Made by a program: the position numbers and the translations under genes. Positions 61,113-64,000 of a stretch of DNA of 64,000 bases are shown piece after piece. The notes beneath the pieces were generated by a model, which had not been told where the DNA came from, did not search any database, and worked only from the letters and a program-made list of their open reading frames with translations. Source of the stretch: Candidatus Harrysmithiimonas galli. GTDB lineage: Bacteria; Bacillota; Bacilli; CAJFEE01. The first letter of the stretch is position 1; every line of letters starts with the position of its first letter. The stretch spans positions 33,229-97,228 of the forward strand of contig CAJFEE010000004.1 in assembly GCA_904373265.1 (NCBI GenBank), read 5' to 3'.

Positions 61113-62693
61113 TTTTTAAAAGAAAATTAAACTTTGAATTAGAATATATTTTGATATATAAATATATAAAATTTTATTTTTTGAAATATATTTTTTTATT
61201 TTTTGATCTAAACTTTTGTTTTACATCTGGGATATAAGATAAGTACATATTCAATCTTATTTTTTTGTAAAGACCTCCAATTTATTTCTAAACTACCATA
61301 GGTATGTTTTCTCCAGATGAGTCGTTGCTGCAAAAAAGAGATTCACTCCTTTAAGTTTTACATATAATTTCATATGATGAACTCTTTGGTGGTTAAATTT
61401 AACATTTCATCATTGGAAAGTCATTTATTTACAAAATTTTGCTGAATGGATGTTTCAATAAAAAATAAAGTTTATAGGCTGGTTTAGCTAATTTTTCATT
61501 TTATATTAATTTCCAAAAATTATTGATTTATAAATAATCCTTAAACTAATGGCATCTAATTTTTTAAATGAATTTATGATTTTTAGACTCATATAAAATA
61601 CAACAAATCCTAAATTGAATTATGATGAAATACTCCATTCCTTTATCATTATCTTGGTGATGATTTTAAAGGAATTTTTGTTTGTTTTAAAGAAAATTGG
61701 TTGAGATTTGTATGGCTGTAAAAATGGTATAGAGAAATGAAAAGGAAGGTATGGATTGCTGGTGATGTAGCTGAGTTGTTCGCTTGTGCAGATTAAATGA
61801 AATGGATGAATTTATTTTGTTTGGAAAAAATCCGCATATTTTCTGTATACAAATTTTGGTTTCCGATATTTTATTGAAAAAAAGATCTTGGTAGAGAAAC
61901 TGTTCTAAGCTGTTGATTTGATAAATGGATATGGGTTTGTGTGAATTCAAAAAAGAAAACTCGATGTAAAAACAGTAATGTTTCTAAATCATTAAAATAG
62001 TGAAATGTATGGTTTATTGCTTTTTCATCAGGAGTAGAATGCAAGCATTTGTTATGATAAAGAAGCGAGGATGAAGAAAATTTTTACACATCATTTCAGA
62101 TAGATTGACAATTGATTCTTATATTTTTACAAAAAATATATAATTATGGTTGGTTTTAGACTTGATTAAAGATTGAGCAGATAGAAAATTTAACGGAACG
62201 AGTTTTAAATATAGCAATTATGAATTTATTTCATAGCAACTGCTATTTTGCATTTCGAAATGGTAACAGATGTTTATAGGTATCTTTGGTCAAAGAGGTA
62301 ACCATTTTTATTAAAATCAGTGTACCTGCTTTTAAAAAACAGAAAATGGATTGGAAGGTAGATTTGTATAATTATTTGGATTAACGATCAACTGATTTTA
62401 ACACAAAACGATTGGAGGATTATGATTTAAGGAATCGCTAGACAGTATATAAATATGTAAAAGATGTTGTTTTTCGTTCATTTATCTTTGAAATATATGT
62501 AAATTTTTCTGTTATTAATATTTTTATTTATAAATTAGCTTGTAGGACATTTTAATCATTGAAAACCTTTAGCGATAAAAGTAAAATAAATATATAAGAT
62601 GGTATAGAAAGTTTGAGCAAAATAAAAAGGAGAACATACAATAAGGATAAAAGACTTTATCGGTATTTCCTTTTTAAGAAAGGACGTGGGGAG

Positions 62694-63380
62694 ATGGAGA
62701 TTGAACGGATAAACGATCATACAATAAAGTTTTTTATTCCTTTTCAAGATATTGAATCACGAGGATTTTCTAAAGATGAAATTTTGTTTTTGCCAGATCG
62801 AGGGGAAGAATTGTTTTGGGAAGTCATAGAAGAAGTTAGCCAAATGAGTGAGATTAAATTGGAGAATCCATTGTGGATTCAAGTTCATGTGACGGATTTA
62901 GGGCTTGAGGTCATTGCTACCGGAATTGTGCAAGATTCAGATACGAATGTGTTTGAACAAATACAAAATGATTTTTTGGATGGACAAATGTTTCAGCAAT
63001 TCGAGAAAATTCTTGATTATTTAGAAACAGAAACAAAATTGCAGGTGAAGTATGGAGAGAATGAAAAACAAATGAGAGATAAAGAGGACGTTGATTTATA
63101 CTTTTTCACTTCTTTTGAAGATGTGATCCAACTCAGTTGTTATGCTAACCAGTTTAAAACAATTCGGGGAATATATTTTTATGAAGAAAGATATTATTTG
63201 GTGGTTTCGTTTTCAGATATGGACAAAAAACAGAAAAAGAATTTACAAAGTATATTGCTAGAATTTGGTGAGCTGTCTCGCATTACTTATACACGTTTAA
63301 AAGAATACGGTAAATGTATTGGAAAAACAGATGGTTTGCACCGAATTCAGGCAGCGTTTTTTTCTATGGGTTCCTTTTAA
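62694..63380 (+). CDS. mecA: Adaptor protein MecA
   Basis: Start at ATG 62694 (GGGGAG upstream). MEIERINDHTIKFFIPFQDIESRGF... is a typical MecA N-terminus. An acidic linker and a C-terminal domain follow. Confidence 0.8.
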   Translation: MEIERINDHTIKFFIPFQDIESRGFSKDEILFLPDRGEELFWEVIEEVSQMSEIKLENPLWIQVHVTDLGLEVIATGIVQDSDTNVFEQIQNDFLDGQMFQQFEKILDYLETETKLQVKYGENEKQMRDKEDVDLYFFTSFEDVIQLSCYANQFKTIRGIYFYEERYYLVVSFSDMDKKQKKNLQSILLEFGELSRITYTRLKEYGKCIGKTDGLHRIQAAFFSMGSF

Positions 63381-63467
63381 AAATTTAAAAAAGGAATCTA
63401 TTTTTTTATCAGAAGCAAATAATAAGAAAGAAAAATAAGAAAAGCCGACTAAAAGGGGGAGAAAAAA

Positions 63468-64000
63468 ATGAGAAATCGCTTACAGATTTTGTTTTTGCTA
63501 TTCATTTTAGCGATTCTGTGTTTTTATGTGAGTATGCAGTTGTCTCCGAACTTTATGAAATGGATGCGTATCTGTGTTTCTTTATCGGCTATATTCATAG
63601 CGATTTTTATTTTTTTTGAAAATCGTGATCCATCTCGTACTTTGGCTTGGTTGGTTGTCTTGGTGGTATTTCCAGTTATTGGATTTTTTTTCTATTTGTT
63701 TTTCGGACAATCCTATAGAAAGAAAAGGCGATATCATCAAAATTTTTTTTCCAATATGAACTTACATTATGCACAGACCCGATCAGATATTCAATCAAAC
63801 GTAGATGGGAATTTTAAAAATGCGCATTATGAGAAGGTTTTGCGTCTTTCTTCAAAGTTAAGTCCAGCTTCAGCATTCATCTATACAGAATCGCGAATTT
63901 TAACAAATGGTGAGGAAACATTTGCGTCTATTTTAAATGCTTTGGAGCAAGCCAAACATCATATTCATCTTGCTTATTATATTGTCAGAAATGATCGGTT
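63468..64000 (+). CDS. cls: Cardiolipin synthase (5' part, runs off the window)
   Basis: Two N-terminal TM helices with FENRDPSRTLAWLVVLVVFPVIGFFFYLFFGQ, then ILTNGEETFASILNALEQAKHHIHLAYYI. Truncated at the window end. Confidence 0.85.
   Translation, partial: MRNRLQILFLLFILAILCFYVSMQLSPNFMKWMRICVSLSAIFIAIFIFFENRDPSRTLAWLVVLVVFPVIGFFFYLFFGQSYRKKRRYHQNFFSNMNLHYAQTRSDIQSNVDGNFKNAHYEKVLRLSSKLSPASAFIYTESRILTNGEETFASILNALEQAKHHIHLAYYIVRNDR

Noticed and set aside
61113-62693. Checked the long spx-mecA gap, and all other gaps, for CRISPR-like regularly spaced direct repeats
   Set aside because: No repeat of 20 nt or more recurs with regular spacing. I found no CRISPR array anywhere in the window.

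Overview
This is a low-GC (roughly one-third G+C by eye) Firmicutes/Bacillales-type chromosomal segment, and most of it is core genome. Positions 1-44.8 kb are largely collinear with the Bacillus subtilis yqf-yqg-yqh region as I recall it. The order is ispH, yqfQ-like, cshB, nfo, yqfT-like, yqfU-like, ispG, a LysM protein, a DUF1189 protein, a Na/Pi cotransporter, khtT/khtU-like genes and tRNA-Asn. These are followed by a class B PBP, pstSCAB-phoU with PhoP boxes, rpmG, 5-formyl-THF cyclo-ligase, ldh, a frameshifted cheB-like gene and gluP. Next come yqgQ, an LtaS-family gene, yqgT/U/X-like genes, a Cys-rich wHTH regulator, comGA-GG, aroK, yqzE, yqhG-yqhH (SNF2), a single-domain globin plus DUF454, rhodanese, patatin and sodA. 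The right part carries an O-acetylhomoserine sulfhydrylase and two tandem paralogous small ORFs, then a TPP riboswitch driving ykoF-like/thiX/thiY/thiZ and tRNA-Val. After tRNA-Val lies a ~2.6 kb decayed mobile-DNA remnant (IS transposase fragments, a rolling-circle Rep pseudogene, small orphan ORFs), then dinB, an RND pump with its adaptor, spx behind a perfect PerR-box palindrome, a 1.6 kb ORF-poor AT-rich gap, mecA and the start of cls. I saw no rRNA, no CRISPR array, and no intact prophage or IS. I could not identify a convincing multi-gene novel system. The best leads are: (1) the tandem small helical-hairpin ORFs at 46.5-46.9 kb; (2) the orphan cheB-like gene split at an A10 tract with a non-canonical receiver; (3) a dispersed ~110 bp intergenic repeat; (4) the tRNA-Val-adjacent remnant; (5) the spx-mecA non-coding gap. 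All family assignments come from reading motifs in the translations and from remembered synteny, not from database searches.
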